The position numbers and the translations under genes are program-made. Below, piece by piece: positions 51,819 to 64,000 of a DNA stretch of 64,000 nt; position 1 is the first letter of the stretch, and each line of letters begins with the position of its first letter. The notes beneath the pieces were generated by a model. That model searched no databases and was not told the DNA's origin. It saw only the letters and a program-made list of their open reading frames with translations. Source of the stretch: Zygnema circumcarinatum SAG 698-1b (lineage: Eukaryota > Plantae > Zygnematophyceae); contig CM074811.1 in the NCBI GenBank assembly GCA_037447605.1, positions 1-64,000 of the forward strand. The letters run 5' to 3'.

Positions 51819-53845
51819 GTGGTCTTGTGCAGGTAGAAAAGTTTTGAGGCTATGAAACAGGAAGTGCAGTTGTCATTATTGTCCACCGCGGCTCTGTATA
51901 GATGTATAGCGGGAAGGATGGCTTTCAGGCACGCTGCCACTGGCGCACATGGCAGTGTGGCGGCGCCCACCAGCAGAGGTCTGCGTCTGTGAACGCTCGG
52001 GCAGAGGCAGATGTAGAATTCCGTTAGCTCTTTGTCGGTAAAATAATGTGGAGTCGGCTCGGCAGAGGCTGCCAAGCGCTGTCCGTCGGGGATGGTGGGG
52101 CCGGGAACGGCGGTGCGGTCTTCTGGAGGCGGAGACTGGCGCTCCTTCCATCGTCGCTCTTGTTCAATTTATGTCTTGTCCTGTAACCAGCGAGCGCAAG
52201 CTTTTGGTTAGAACCACTCGTTGTCTTATTGTGCCTTATCAAAATTTCATTTTATGAAACGTCTCGCAGCCGGCACATGTTTCCTCGGGTCGCGCATGGT
52301 TCCATGCAAGTGCGGGACGCGTGCAGGGCAGTGCCGGTCGGCCAGTGCGCCGTGCCTCGACTCGTCACTGCAGGAAGGAAAGCCACAGGACACGGGTGAA
52401 CCGCGGCTTTCGCGACAGGTCACGTTGCAGTCAGGGATGATCCTCGTTTGCTTGAAGGATATCACTGTCACTCAAACGGGTTAATTTTGCTAAACAAGTG
52501 ATTATCCGATTATCGTATTCAGCCTCGAATAACGGTCTAGTACGCAATGGTTATTGGAAAGAATCACGGTATTAAGATTCTCGTGCTTGAAGGCAAGCTG
52601 CTGCAGCAGCGGCTGACTGCCAGAGAGCGAGACGTTCCTCAGAGCCTTAGTCGCCCCATAGTCCCGTCCACGAGCGACCAGTAGCAGACCGCAAAGCAGC
52701 GTCAGAAATTCTGGGGCTTGTTACAACTTGGGGTAGAAACTCATGGCAGCAGAAGCCCGGGGGGCAGGACTGTCACAGCCGGCAAGCTGACATGCATGAC
52801 ACACCTCGGCTGGCAGGCCAATCGGCCACACTGGCCCTTCTCCTGCATCATGGAGGTCGATTGCAGTCACGGCATGCACTCTGCGCTACTCTTTACTCTT
52901 GTTTAATTTATCTGGTTGAGGCGCTCCTGAGAGTGGGAATGCCGCATTTCTGTTTGCTACCGCGTTCGTACTTGCGACGTGCAGATGCTTTTCTAGAAGA
53001 GCAGTTGCAAGAGCACGATACCATCTGCAGGTCGGGTCAACTCCGCAAATTCCATGTTCAGAAAAGCGAAGAGTTATTGGTGACTCTCCAAATGCAACTG
53101 CCATCCTCGGCCTCCAAAACAGCAGTGGCTTTCCACTTTTCTTTACTTTCTGGTCACCCCTTATGCGCAGCCCGGCTTGGATGTCCGGCAACATCCACAA
53201 ATCACTATCGTACGATGCAGTGGGCAGCAGAGGATGCCTCACAAGCATCGGCGGACACGGCAGGGGAGCAATGAGAGCACGACAAACGGCGGCCCTTGTA
53301 GCCCTGCCCTACGTTGCCCAGCGCAGCCGTCTGTTGGCCCTCGGCAATGGTTGGGCGGAGGAGGCGGGCGAGTGAGAAAACGAGGTTGAGCAGCAGGTGG
53401 GAGAAGCGCGTCCAGCACGGGACCAGGGCGAAGAAGGGCCCTGCGGGGGGAAGGAAGGTGGAGGGCGGAGGTGGAACAAGGATGGATCCCGGGAGGAAAG
53501 AAGGAGTGTCGAAGAAGGAAGAGGGAGGGGTGGAGGAAACAGGTGAACGAGGGACGAGAGAAGGAAGCAGCCCTCAAAAGGATTACAGCTGCCGCGTTGA
53601 CGAGGAGGGCAGCGGCTCAGGCGGCGCAGCGGCGTGCGGCAGAGAGCACCCCCGTGCTGTCATGCGATTCCTTTCAGTAAAAAAAACCAAAACTTCCGTA
53701 GTGCTACAAGGATGCAAGGCAGATGAGTGTGTAGCTTCAGCCTACAGAAAAGAAAAGGTTCAGAGCACTCCAGTAGTCGCAGCAAAGGATATGGTGCAAG
53801 GCACTTGTTTGCCTTTGTCCCACACCGGGTCCACCTCCGCCCATT

Positions 53846-56080
53846 TCAGCTTCTGAACAACCCCCAATCGATGATGCGGAAACTTGCAAGGAAAGCACTG
53901 AACACTTCACGGGCTGGAAGGCAGCCGGCCGCAGAAGCTGGAACGGTTTCTCCATAATCCAGCGTCTCTGCCAACAGGCTGTTGCGGCTGCAACAACTCT
54001 CCCACCCCCCCAAGGAAGCAAGGGTCGGAGGTTTCAAACGTTCCACCCTCATGCCAGATTCAGCTTCCTCTAATAACAAAACCCATTTGCATACAGTGAC
54101 CAAAAAACATCTCGAGTTTTGTTGCGGTTGATCTCCCTTTGGCTTGCTGATCCCCAGTTGTGCGAAGGGAGACATCAGATTCAAGCGAATTCGATATCCT
54201 GCATGCAGAAGGATAGTAAAGTACTTCTGCTCCTCGAAGTTTTCTTGCGGAAGCTCCAATTCATTCAATATGCTTTTGGTCGTTTTGCAATATGGGCTAT
54301 GGGGTGTCCCATCGATAATTTAGGGTTGACTTCGGTTTACTTCACCTTATAAAAAGAGGCTCATTCAACGTGATGAGGACATCCGTACGGACATTCTGTA
54401 AGCGGATATTCCCAATATAGCACTGCACACGCAAAAGAGAACATGAATCAGCACAATGCAATGATTGACAGCGTACATAGTAGAAATCTGACGCAAGAAC
54501 GTTGCATACTTGAAGTGAATCTCACCCGAATTATGTTCCGTGCATCGACGCCCTGCCGACCAACCGCCACAGCCTGGAATGGGGCAAACAGATGGATCCC
54601 AGTTCGAGCAGCTCAGAGTGATGCATTCCGCAAGAACACAGAAGGAGAAGATCGACTTGGCGCATGGCTTGGTGCACAAGAAGAGATCAGCAACTGCACT
54701 TAAGGCTGCCTACCATCTTCCCGATAGCCATATTCTTGGTCGCGGTAGCATCCACATGGGGCACATCTTGCAGCGAAAGAGGTGACATTGTTTCAAGCAC
54801 CTGCATGCAGGTCTGTCATCATCGGGTGCTGACGAAAATTCTAATGACATTTCTATGGTGAGTGTGGGATGCGCTCTAAAGGTTCGACTGGAAAGCAACT
54901 GGCTTCTAAGAGTGGAAGATTGCGAAACTGAAGACTGCTCAATTCGTCAAAATGGTTTGTCGAAACAGGTGCAACATGTGCATTACTGTTGCAGAGGTTT
55001 CACAGCTAAATTGGCCATTGTCAGCAAGGTATTTGGAAATCCTGAGTCATCGCGTGAAATCAAAAGCAAAAGGATAACGTTGCCACTTGATTAAACAGAT
55101 GGAACCGCTATGGTTAATAAATCTCGTTTTCTGTTTATCCTGGTCAAATTTGTCACTAAAAAAAATAGGTACTGATTTAGCCAAGCAGCTCAGAGCGCTA
55201 GGGGTTCATGATAGCAGACACTGCACTTTGGGTGTAGGATAAAGGCGAGCTGAATGTTTAAAAATTTTAGAGTTGGTCATTAAACAGTTTTAATCCTTTT
55301 CTAGATACCATGAACACGAGAGACAAGTTTAAATTTCCAAGTCAAGCCCTGTTTCACTCGCAATTGCAACAGTTATTCACACAAAATAGCTTACAGTTGA
55401 CGGATCAGCATCCTGCTCTCTGGCTAGATTGTGAAAAAACCACAGCGCGCTCTCATGATCGGCGACGTCCTCCTTCAACTCCAGAAGCTCCACAATAAGA
55501 CTTTCACCCCGCGCAAAGTCACAAAACGCTTCCTGCAAACACCCTCATGCGCATGTCAGAGAAGGTATTTTGGTACCCGTGTTGAGCCGTCGGAGTTAAA
55601 CCAGCGAGATTGAGCACGAGGCATGCTGGCGCTCACGGAGTCAAAAACGAAGGACCAGCGCACAAACAGTCCGTCGTGGTAGCATGCATGACTCCAGCAA
55701 TGACTAAGTTCCACTCTTGACTCGGCGCGCCTGCCATCGCACAGTTCGCACTCAAGCCTCACCTGATTGTCCGGCACCTCCCGCATATCGGCTACGTCCT
55801 GTTCCCCGAGAAAGCCGCGCGCTCATGAGCATGACGAGTTTCAACTGCAAGCCTCTGAATCACTTCCTGAAAGCGCACTGCAGTGCTCACAAACTGCAAG
55901 GGCTCTAGAATGAGCGCACAAACAGCGCGAGGAGCTGCCGACCGAGGCGCAGGGCGGGCGGGAAAGGCGGAGCACCTGGAAGCGGGCGGGCAGTGCAGCC
56001 TCCATGGCGCCTCCGAAGAGCGGCCGCGGCAGCACGGGATCGCCAGCCCCCATCTGCGTGTGCGCCTCCGCCTCCGCCAT
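53846..56080 (-). CDS. MOG1: Ran guanine nucleotide release factor MOG1 / RANGRF, 7 exons
   Basis: Exons 56080-55976, 55798-55763, 55532-55395, 54800-54714, 54573-54526, 54422-54346, 53987-53846, phase-consistent. Motifs: PLFGGAM..LPARFQDVADMREVPDNQEAF, ESLIVELLE, GRQG, NIRLQNVRTDVLIT, FRIIDWGLF. Confidence 0.93.
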
Positions 56081-56324
56081 GGCTGCCCCCCGCTCCTCCC
56101 TCCCTCCCTCCCGCGAGGCCCTGCCGCCTGCCAGCGCCAGCGCCAGCGCCAGCGCCAGTCACTGAAACCCTAAATCCCCAAAAAGCCTGAAAACCTCAAA
56201 TCCCCGGACGACCCTCAAACCCCCTCCCCTCCCCAGCACAACGCACACATCCTTCGCAACCCAGATCTCGCCATAAATATTTTCGGGGTCTGACGGAAAT
56301 TCAAACGGAGCGAGATCCGCTTAC

Positions 56325-56537
56325 ATGCTGGAGGAGGTCCCTGAGCGTTTCGTAAATGTCGAGCAGCACGAAGAGTTTTTCGAGCGACTTCTTGCTCCGC
56401 GCGATGGCCTGCCCGAAGCTGAAAAGCAGCGCCGCGCCGCCGTCCGCGAGGTCCGCGAAGAAGCGCTCGCGGAGGGGGTCGAGCCCCGCCAGGACCGCGT
56501 CGCAGAGCTGCTTCTCGCTCACGAACAGGACCAGAAT
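56325..56537 (-). pseudogene. Isolated single exon of an exocyst Exo70 gene (71 codons)
   Basis: ILVLFVSEKQLCDAVL...FSFGQAIARSKKSLEKLFVLLDIYETLRDLL matches the Exo70 core (recalled plant KLLFAGERQICD..FGEAIAKSKRSPEKLFVLLDMYE). The donor GTAAGC is intact; after a polypyrimidine tract the acceptor position reads CAA instead of CAG. I found no other Exo70 exons in the window. Confidence 0.7.
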
Positions 56538-57909
56538 TTGCGCCCGGTGGGGAGAGAGGGGGAGGAGAGAGGGGGGGGGGGGAGGAGGGGAGAGGGGGGG
56601 TACACGTGACGGCCCGGTGCGCGTGGGGGGACGTCTGCGCTCTCTAGGGCAGGCTGCCAACCGTTGAACTTCTCCATTGGTTGTGCCAAATGCACTTACA
56701 TGCATGGCTCAAACACTAATTCAGTTTGTCATGTTTGGTCCACGCGTTAGGTTTTCATGTTTGTGAGAGCGAGCGTCGCGGATGGTTGGTTCACTGTGAA
56801 TGGCGATTCCGTCAGCGAATGTTTGTCAAGTACTGTATGTATGGTTCGATTGAGGGGCGAGCATCATCCCTTGAGGGCACTACAGACCCTCATTCGAATA
56901 TAGTTCAGGTGGGATCAAATGCAAACTCGACGGTAACACCATTTTCATTTTCTCCCCTTTAGGAATTCCATAAGTAGTTCCCCGGCCTCCCAGAGAACCA
57001 ATGAATCTTTGGAACCAATGGTTGCTAACCATTGCCGTCGGACCTAATCAACCATTGGCATCCAATGGTTGTCCAGTGGTCCGCCAGCGGCCGCAGCGCG
57101 CACGCCGAAGTCGGCAAAAGTTGAACGAGGAACTCGGCCCATGAGAGACGCGAGCCGCAGGCAGACCGCCGCGGAACCGCACGTTTCTGCCATTGCCTGC
57201 CTCCCTCCCTGCTCACGAAATTGAAGAAATTGTGGATCCTACGAGGCGAGACGAGGCGAGGCGACTTGGACGAGTAGTGCCCATGTTGAAGGCGAGCCAT
57301 CCTCCTTGACAGGATAGGCAGCGGCGGTAAACTTCGATAAGAGGCTCCCCATTTACAGACTCTATGTCTGAACGAGAACTCGGAGCCGCGTTTGCTCCGA
57401 GTCCGGACAGAGTGCGCGAGCTCCCTACTTCCCCTCTTCAGCGCCGCGCGGTGCTGTACACACCAGGGACACACTGCTCACATTCTGTCAAAGGATAAGG
57501 AAATTAATATTATTCAATTTTAAAGTTAAATCTTTACAAAGGCATCGACCTTACGCTACATTCACAACAGCGGAATACAGTGCCTAGAGCACCTATAAAT
57601 GAACGAGAGAAGTATTTACACCTGCCGCGAGCATATACAGTATGCAGATCTCCCCCACCTACCAGGCCTTGGCAAAAAATGGAATGAAGGAAAAGTTGGA
57701 CCTATCCGAAAGACGAAATTGAAGGACTCCTCGCCCCCCCGCAAACGCCGCATTCAGGCAGTTTGCAAACGGATCGAGACGGCCTCAAGCTCGCAATCTG
57801 TGCAATCCGATACCTACAAACTGTTCGAACATGAACTGGACCGCTGCCTGCCTTCACTTCGCAACTGCACATGCGCAGTTTGCGGGCGACAATGTCTCTT
57901 GTCGGACAC

Positions 57910-59599
57910 TCAATCGCACACACTGCATTTGCAGATCGGACAAGCTTTCGAGTAACTCAGCAGCCATTCTTCGCCACAGTCTTTGTGCAGGGAGTGCTGG
58001 CAAGGAAGCTGCATGAGCACATCTCCCTCCACAAACTCGCCTTGACAGATCGAACACAACCTGCAAGAGGACAGCGCATAAAGCCCACAACAAACAGTCA
58101 CAAGGGTTTTCTACCCAATTGGGAGCGTATAGCACCCACAAGGTGTCCCGAATTATGATGGCTCGCCAGACTGGCAGCAGGGGAAGACTGCAGCTCACTC
58201 TTCCGATGCCGCGGCCTCCTCGTGCCCCGAGAAGGTCGCCAAAGCCATTCGCCGCACTGTTTCGGGCGACGCCACGACGCGCACATCCTCGAGGTTCACG
58301 AGGTTCTGCAGGGGCGGACCGGACAGGACAGGACAGGGGTCAGAAGAGTAGAAATCGCAAAAGAGGCCACTAGGCAGGACGAGGTCCAGGCACAGCGAAG
58401 AGGGTTGCAGTACGTCAGAACAAACTAGCGATACCTCATATGACATGTCAAGGCTGCTCGCAATTGACATCTCCGAGACATAGCTGCCAGCCATGGCCCC
58501 CGGTGCACTCTCCGCCAGGGACAAGGAGATGGCTGCATACACAACAAGAGAGCTGCTTGCGAGGTGAATTTTTCTGTCAAATTACTACCTTATAGGATTA
58601 CCATTTGGCAGATAGACATGCAGACCCGTAGACATTTGTAACTAACACAAAGTTTCCAACACTAAAAAACGCGGAGGACCACCTTGGACAAACGATGGAT
58701 GCATCAAAGAGACGATTGGCGACATCCTTGAAGCAAGTCCTGCGCAGGGCCCCTCCCCTCTCCCACAGACGCACCAAGGGCCATGTCCAGGTCGGTCCCC
58801 TCGTAGGCCGGCGGCCTGTGGCAGCCCGGCGCGCTGTACCCCGCGAGGTAGTCCTCGACCTCCTCCTGCACCGCGCTGCGCCGCAACGCCCGCCGAGACC
58901 GCCGCCGCGTTGTCGGACTCGGACTCGGACTCGGCATCGGGAAGGCGTCCTCATCCTCTCCCAGAAACTCGCCCCACCTCTGCTGCTCAATCCGCCGCTG
59001 CTCTGCAGCTGCTCGCCGTCTCCGACCTATACACATGCGAGAACTTTACAGTCAACCTCAGACACAAAATCCCACAGAGCGGCAACCATCAAGCACGCCT
59101 ACCTCTAAACCAATAGGTACACATCACTAGGGTCTCCTCGCACTAACTTCAACCGGCCGAAGCAGATCTCCCGTGGCTGAAAAAGTGACTCTCTTACTGC
59201 ACACTTGCACACCGACCACAAGAGCAAAGTACGCAGCCCTACCTTTCCCAGCTGATCTGCTTCCAGTAGCTTGAGACTCCTGTCCTTGCGCGCCGTAGTT
59301 TGGAGCTGCACTCAGCCATAAGCAACACCACAGGTGGACACCCTCATGTCATAAGGTGCCACTGCAGTCCCATTCATCCCACTTGAAAACTGTGAGTGTT
59401 TGATGAGACACATCGACTTCCAGGAAAGTGGTTACAACGTTTGAAAGAACGCTGCACTCAAAAGGGCTTAGACTTGCAGTCCAAATATCATATAAAGCGA
59501 AGCGCACAAGGACAGGCGTTCCACGCCGCTAGCGGATAGGCCCACACCTGCGCCAAGAGGAGGCCCTGGAGCCAGCGCACTTGCCGGCGCGCTGCTCAT
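57910..59599 (-). CDS. RING-H2 E3 ubiquitin ligase with a UIM-like motif, 6 exons
   Basis: Exons 59599-59548, 59305-59243, 59026-58775, 58532-58435, 58305-58199, 58060-57910. DLDMALAISLSLAE (UIM-like), MSYENLVNLED, and CSICQGEF..LPCQHSLHKDC..W..CPIC (C3H2C3). Confidence 0.88.
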
Positions 59600-60635
59600 T
59601 GCGAGAGTTGGTTGCACACGGGGGGGAAGGGCTCCCGTCAAACGCGCAGAACCTGATTGCTGGAACGAGACAAGCAGACTTTCGGGTTACAGATAAACGG
59701 CGGCAGAAGACATGCAGGTGAGTGAAGAGCGTCAGACAATAGCAGGCAAGAGATTTTTCAGAGATAGGGGTGGTTGACGAGATATCGCATATTCTTATAA
59801 GGTAACGCTTTAGATCGTGGCAGCCAAAGAGCCCATGAACATCCTTTCACAAAAAGGTGTTGTACGAGTGGCACGCTTCTCATGTAGTTTCGCAATAAAA
59901 AAATGAATATGCGGAACTCGCACAGGTGCGTCTCTCAGGCGCCATCTCAAACCCTCTACCCAACGACAGGCTGCACACAATAACTTCCGAGAAACTCCCC
60001 AACAAGTGCGAGATGACAACAAAATCACTCCAACACTAGAGCGGCATTTTTCCCGACATGTCCATCCGCACGGCCCCCTGGGTCAGGCAAAGAGAAAGGC
60101 GCTCACAAGCAACAAAAGTCGGTGTCGAAGCGGACGCGAGCAGTCCGCCCCGTCCGCTCTCGCTCTCGCGTCCCGAGGCCCACGCGGACGCGGGCAGCGA
60201 CTGACCGAGCGATCGACCGGGCGGAGGAGAGGGAGAGGGGGAGGGGAAGGAGGAGAGGGGAAGGGCCTCCACGCAGGTTCGAACTGCGCTGATCCGCGCT
60301 CCGCTCCGCCCCGCTCTGCCGCCTGGCGGGACGGGAAGGGAAGGGAGCCTGCGGCCCGCGTTGACGGGGCGGGGCGGGGCGGGGCGGGGCGGGCGGGCGA
60401 TGTGTGGCCACGCGCCGGCGAGGACGAGCGAGCGAGCGAGCGAGGGCTGAATGATGCCGCGCCGAGCATCGCGCATCGCATCCCGCCGGGACCCACCCAG
60501 CCCGTCCGCCAGCCCGTCCGCCAGCCGTCCTCGCCCGTCTGTTTGGAGTCTGGCCGCCGCGTGGCCTATTTTCCCTCCCTGCGGCTGCGGCGCAGCGCGC
60601 GCTGGCGGGAGGGCGGGCGGCAGCGCGGCAGGTGC

Positions 60636-60781
60636 CGTACCGTACGGTTGCCGTAGGTCCGGTTCGGTCCGAGCGGCCGGGCCCTCGGCGCAGTACCGCA
60701 CCGTACGGTCTGTTGGTGCGCGCCGTCGGCTGTGCCGGGCTGAGGTACTGTACGGTAAGGGACGGTACGCTACGTACGGCC
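60636..60781. promoter_or_regulatory. GTAC/TACGG cluster in the divergent RING / DUF1279 promoter
   Basis: ccgtaccgtacgg, gtaccgcaccgtacgg and gtactgtacgg..ggtacgctacgtacgg; same motif family as at 21.1 kb, 28.1 kb and 47.0 kb. Confidence 0.45.
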
Positions 60782-60872
60782 GAGAGAGCGCGCGCGAGGA
60801 CGAAGGGAAGGGAGCGGGGAATGAAACCGGAAGGGAGGGAGGAAGGGAGGAAGGGAGGAAGGGAGGAAGGGC

Positions 60873-61298
60873 ATGGCGGGAGGGCTGGGGCTGGGGCTGG
60901 CCCGCCGCTTCAAGGAGGTGACGAGCAAGTACGGGCGCGTGGCGGTGGGCGTGCATCTCTCTATCTCGGCGCTCTGCTTCACTGGCTGCTACGTGGCCGT
61001 GCGCAGCAGTCTCCACGTGGAGCGCGTCCTCGAGAGCCTCGGCCTGCTCAAGGAGCCCGCGCAGGGCGCCGAGCCGCTGCCAGAGGGGCCGCCGGGAGGC
61101 CCGGGACCCGGTCCGTTGGCGGAAGGGGACAGCCAAAACGCCGCGGAGTCCATGGCGAGGGGGGCGGTGGGAGCGGGGGGCGCGCTGGCTCTGGCGTTTC
61201 TGTGCAACAAGGCGCTGCTGCCCGTACGGGTGCCGCTTACCCTCGCACTCACGCCACCTGTGTGGAGGTTTCTGGCGTCCCGAGGGTTCAAAGTGTGA
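60873..61298 (+). CDS. DUF1279 / FAM210-like small membrane protein, intronless
   Basis: RFKEVTSKYGRVAVGVHLSIS..Y.AV and ALAFLCNKALLPVRVPLTLALTPPV are the two conserved blocks recalled for DUF1279. Confidence 0.85.
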   Translation: MAGGLGLGLARRFKEVTSKYGRVAVGVHLSISALCFTGCYVAVRSSLHVERVLESLGLLKEPAQGAEPLPEGPPGGPGPGPLAEGDSQNAAESMARGAVGAGGALALAFLCNKALLPVRVPLTLALTPPVWRFLASRGFKV

Positions 61299-62360
61299 GC
61301 GCGCTCCAGGGCTCAGGGCTCAGCCGCTTTTTTTTCATTCTCCAGACTCAGAGCTGAGCGCCACTATCGTCTGTTAGCAGCGTGCTCGTTACTGGGTGGC
61401 ACAGTGCTGCACCAGATTTTCTGTGGAAGTACGGACGGGCGCAACAGAATCGAGTGGAAGGCCAGACCGGCAGTGTACATGGCATAGGCGTAACTGCTGT
61501 GTATCGAGCTCGCAACTGACGAGGTGGAGCCGGCTGAAAATGGAGGGCTGTGCTCGTCTGTTCTGGAGCAAAGGGATGTTATCGCTGCCTGCTCTGAAAG
61601 AACGTTCTGCACTGCAGCTTGTTCTCTACGCTTCTGCGTGAGATCCTCCTCTGCTCAGATCGCATGCTTGCAGAAGCAGAAGTGGTTTCGCAATTTTATC
61701 ATGTGCTTATGGAAACGCCAAAGCCGATTAAGGGAAGACTACAACATGCATTGTGGTCAGGTGCTCAGAGACACCGTTGAATGAAGGACAAAACTCGAAG
61801 TAAAAAGAAATAATGAATCGTGCAGCTAGGCAGGCATGTCTAGCACCTGAGTTTGTTGCAGGGTAGGCGGTACCTAGGAGGCATTGATCAACGTTCGCCA
61901 CTGGCTTCTGTCAGGATACGACGCACTGTGAATCTCTGCTTCATTCCGTTCGCGTGATCGGTTCCGTCGGCTGTCGAGTGCTGTACTTGCATTTCACTTA
62001 CTGAGCAGCAAGTGGAGTTCACGCATAAAATCTGAAACGTAGGGCAATGGTTTACACGATCGTTTGTTGCGCCCTTTACTTTTTTTCTATATCTTGAATT
62101 TTAGAATGGGAGATGTTCTGCGCGAATTCACGACGAGAGCGTTATCAGATATCCTGTCTACGAGTGTAGTCAGGGCTTCCAACACGAAACAATGTTGAAG
62201 CAGTTCAGTCCTGTTAAAGAGGAAGTGACATGCAAGCAGCATGTTTAAGCAGCCTTGACACAAAAGGTTGTGCTGCAACTGAAAGATGACATTTCTTCTT
62301 TTCCTTTTATATTGTAAAAAGGAGGAACTACAATTTTGCTGCCTGGACTGTAAGTGCAAC

Positions 62361-64000
62361 TTACTGTCGCACAAATCCGTCAAAAGTGAGAGCCATCTTT
62401 TGGGCCACAGCTCGCAGCATTGTTTTGGAATAGACCCTCTTCTCCACCTTCTGCTTGCTGTGCAACCTCCTCCCGTCCTTCTTGCGCCGGCTGTCAGAAT
62501 CAAATGGAATCATAAGGTCGCCGTCATCAGTTGGTTGCGACTCGTCCATCCGATTGGTCGCCTTAGCCTTCAAGTCTTCGGTGAACTGTACGGACTGAGC
62601 AGCGCCATTCACTGCGCCCTTTGCTCCTTTGGTGGAGCGTTGGATCTCATGCCGCCACGTAGCCTCTGGCACGTCACTGTCAGAACGAGCCTCTTCCATC
62701 CCACTTTCCTTCGTCGCAGCCAACTCGGACGAAGTTCCTTCGTCTTGAAATCCTCTCAACTCGGCTCCAAGTTTGGTCTGGCTGTCGTCCTCATTCGCGT
62801 CGGCCTCCCTCCACCGCTTATTTTGAACTTCCGGGACTGACTCTTCCCAAACTTGCCTTGCCAAGTGGTCCGGAAGCTTTTCATGAAACTGATCTGCCTC
62901 TGCTTTCCTGGACTTTTTGGGCATTTCTTCAACAGAACCTTCGATGTTGAGCCGTTCCACATGACTATCTGAAGACTTCTTGTTTGCCTCCTCCTTGCCT
63001 GTATCCGTTGCTTCAGCTGCTTCCAAGTCCCTCTTCTGGTCTTCATCTCGAGCCTTCAACCGGCGGGAAGGCACACGCTTTGGCCCTTTTGAAGCAACTG
63101 TTCGCTTGCTGCCATCAGCGTCTGCTGCCGCCGCATAAACGATTGAGATCTCCCTGCCGAGCACTTCACTGAAGGCTCGCCTGAAACTCTTTTCCGTTTG
63201 GGGTTTCTGGGCTCCGGCCAAACAGCCAGATGGGAACTCCAAAGTCACTGCAGAAACCAGTTCCCCGGGCGGAAGGCACACAAATTAACCCTCTGACTTG
63301 CTTTGACTCGACTGACGCCAACAATGCCAACTATCATTCTATGAAAGACGTCTCGCTTCCTCGAACTCGGCCAAGAGCTCCAGGACAAAACCAAAAGCAA
63401 CAATCACGAACAACTGGATAGAAGCTGGACGATTCCATTTGCAAGAAATTAAGCTATAACATAACGGAACTATAAATTACACACTGTGCCCAAGTCAATG
63501 ATACAAAAGTATAAAAATGTCCGATAGAAGATTCCAGAGTTGCAGCATGATCGAAAACAACTCTCAAATAGGATGAGGGAAGTTCAAAACCTTCTGTTTC
63601 AGATATCGAAATCAGATGACCTTTTCCGTTGAGCAGCGACTTGTGACTCTTTGTCTGAATATGCTCTTCTGCTCGAGCCTTCACTTCCCGCAAACTTACT
63701 GGCCCTTCCGCCCCCTCCACGCCATCGGCCTCATCCTCGTCTTCAATGCCCTCATCTGCAACACCCGCTTTGCCACCAGTGTGCAGAACAACAGGTCGGT
63801 CACCAACCTCCCGAGCCTCAGCAACATCACCATGTCTTTCGTCCATCTGCTGTTTTGAGGATCGAGATTCGTCCACATGAGTGGGGTCACCTGTGGGGGA
63901 TCCCTCAACCCCTTCGCCTAATTCGGCCAGTTCAGCGACTACATTGCCTGCAGCCACCACCTCCACTGACACGCCTAATTCATCGTCCTTGACATCCTCT
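62361..64000 (-). CDS. 3' portion of a STICHEL-like (DNA polymerase III gamma/tau, DnaX-family) gene; 5' part lies beyond the window
   Basis: An exon running from the window edge to 63591 splices in phase to 63247-62361. KSHKSLLNGKGHLISISETEG-VTLEF...SFRRAFSEVLGREISIV resembles the recalled STICHEL segment SKTLRQLLYTHGKLISISEVEG..IEMVLRRSVEVRI. The AAA+ domain is not in the window. Confidence 0.6.

Noticed and set aside
52000-53700. GC-rich interval between cyclin A and MOG1 with several 70-180 aa ORFs
   Set aside because: I could not build a phase-consistent gene or recognise any domain, including downstream Exo70 exons. It may be long 3' UTRs or an orphan gene; unresolved without RNA-seq.
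60270-60292. cgcag-gttcgaa-ctgcg hairpin resembling a tRNA T-arm
   Set aside because: The loop register is wrong for a T-loop, and there is no D-arm, anticodon arm or acceptor stem around it.
60006-60870. Multiple 100-366 aa Arg/Pro/Gly-rich ORFs
   Set aside because: They overlap the GC-rich bidirectional promoter and 5' UTRs of the RING and DUF1279 genes, where stop codons are rare; no domain was recognised.

Overview
This is eukaryotic, intron-rich, GC-rich green-plant-lineage DNA. It carries plastid FdC1 and ArgC, a STICHEL-like gene and TTTAGGG-type telo-boxes; a streptophyte alga is my inference and I cannot name the species. Most long ORFs in the track are microsatellite or antisense artefacts, so I rebuilt genes by hand from splice sites and phase continuity. 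In order: UPF1 (+, ~27 exons, 3' end duplicated across two N-gaps), a complete pogo/Tc1-type MITE, DUF2045/KIAA0930-like (-), ferredoxin FdC1 (+), ecdysoneless ECD (-), a 1.2 kb pure (CT)n, a 10-exon Shewanella-like phosphatase with a signal/anchor sequence (-), OTUD6/OTU5-like deubiquitinase (+), argC (-), a ~100-aa PDCD4-N-terminus-like microprotein without MA3 domains (-), cyclin A (+), MOG1/RANGRF (-), an orphan Exo70 exon just upstream of MOG1, a UIM+RING-H2 ligase (-), a DUF1279/FAM210-like gene (+) and the 3' part of a STICHEL/DnaX-like gene (-). I found no tRNA, rRNA or CRISPR array. Best leads: the stand-alone PDCD4-like ribosome-binding microprotein, the Exo70 exon that could splice in frame into MOG1, the secretory-type SLP whose last exon runs into the (GA)n tract, and a GTACGG-rich motif that recurs at several promoters. 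All homology calls come from remembered motifs, not database searches.
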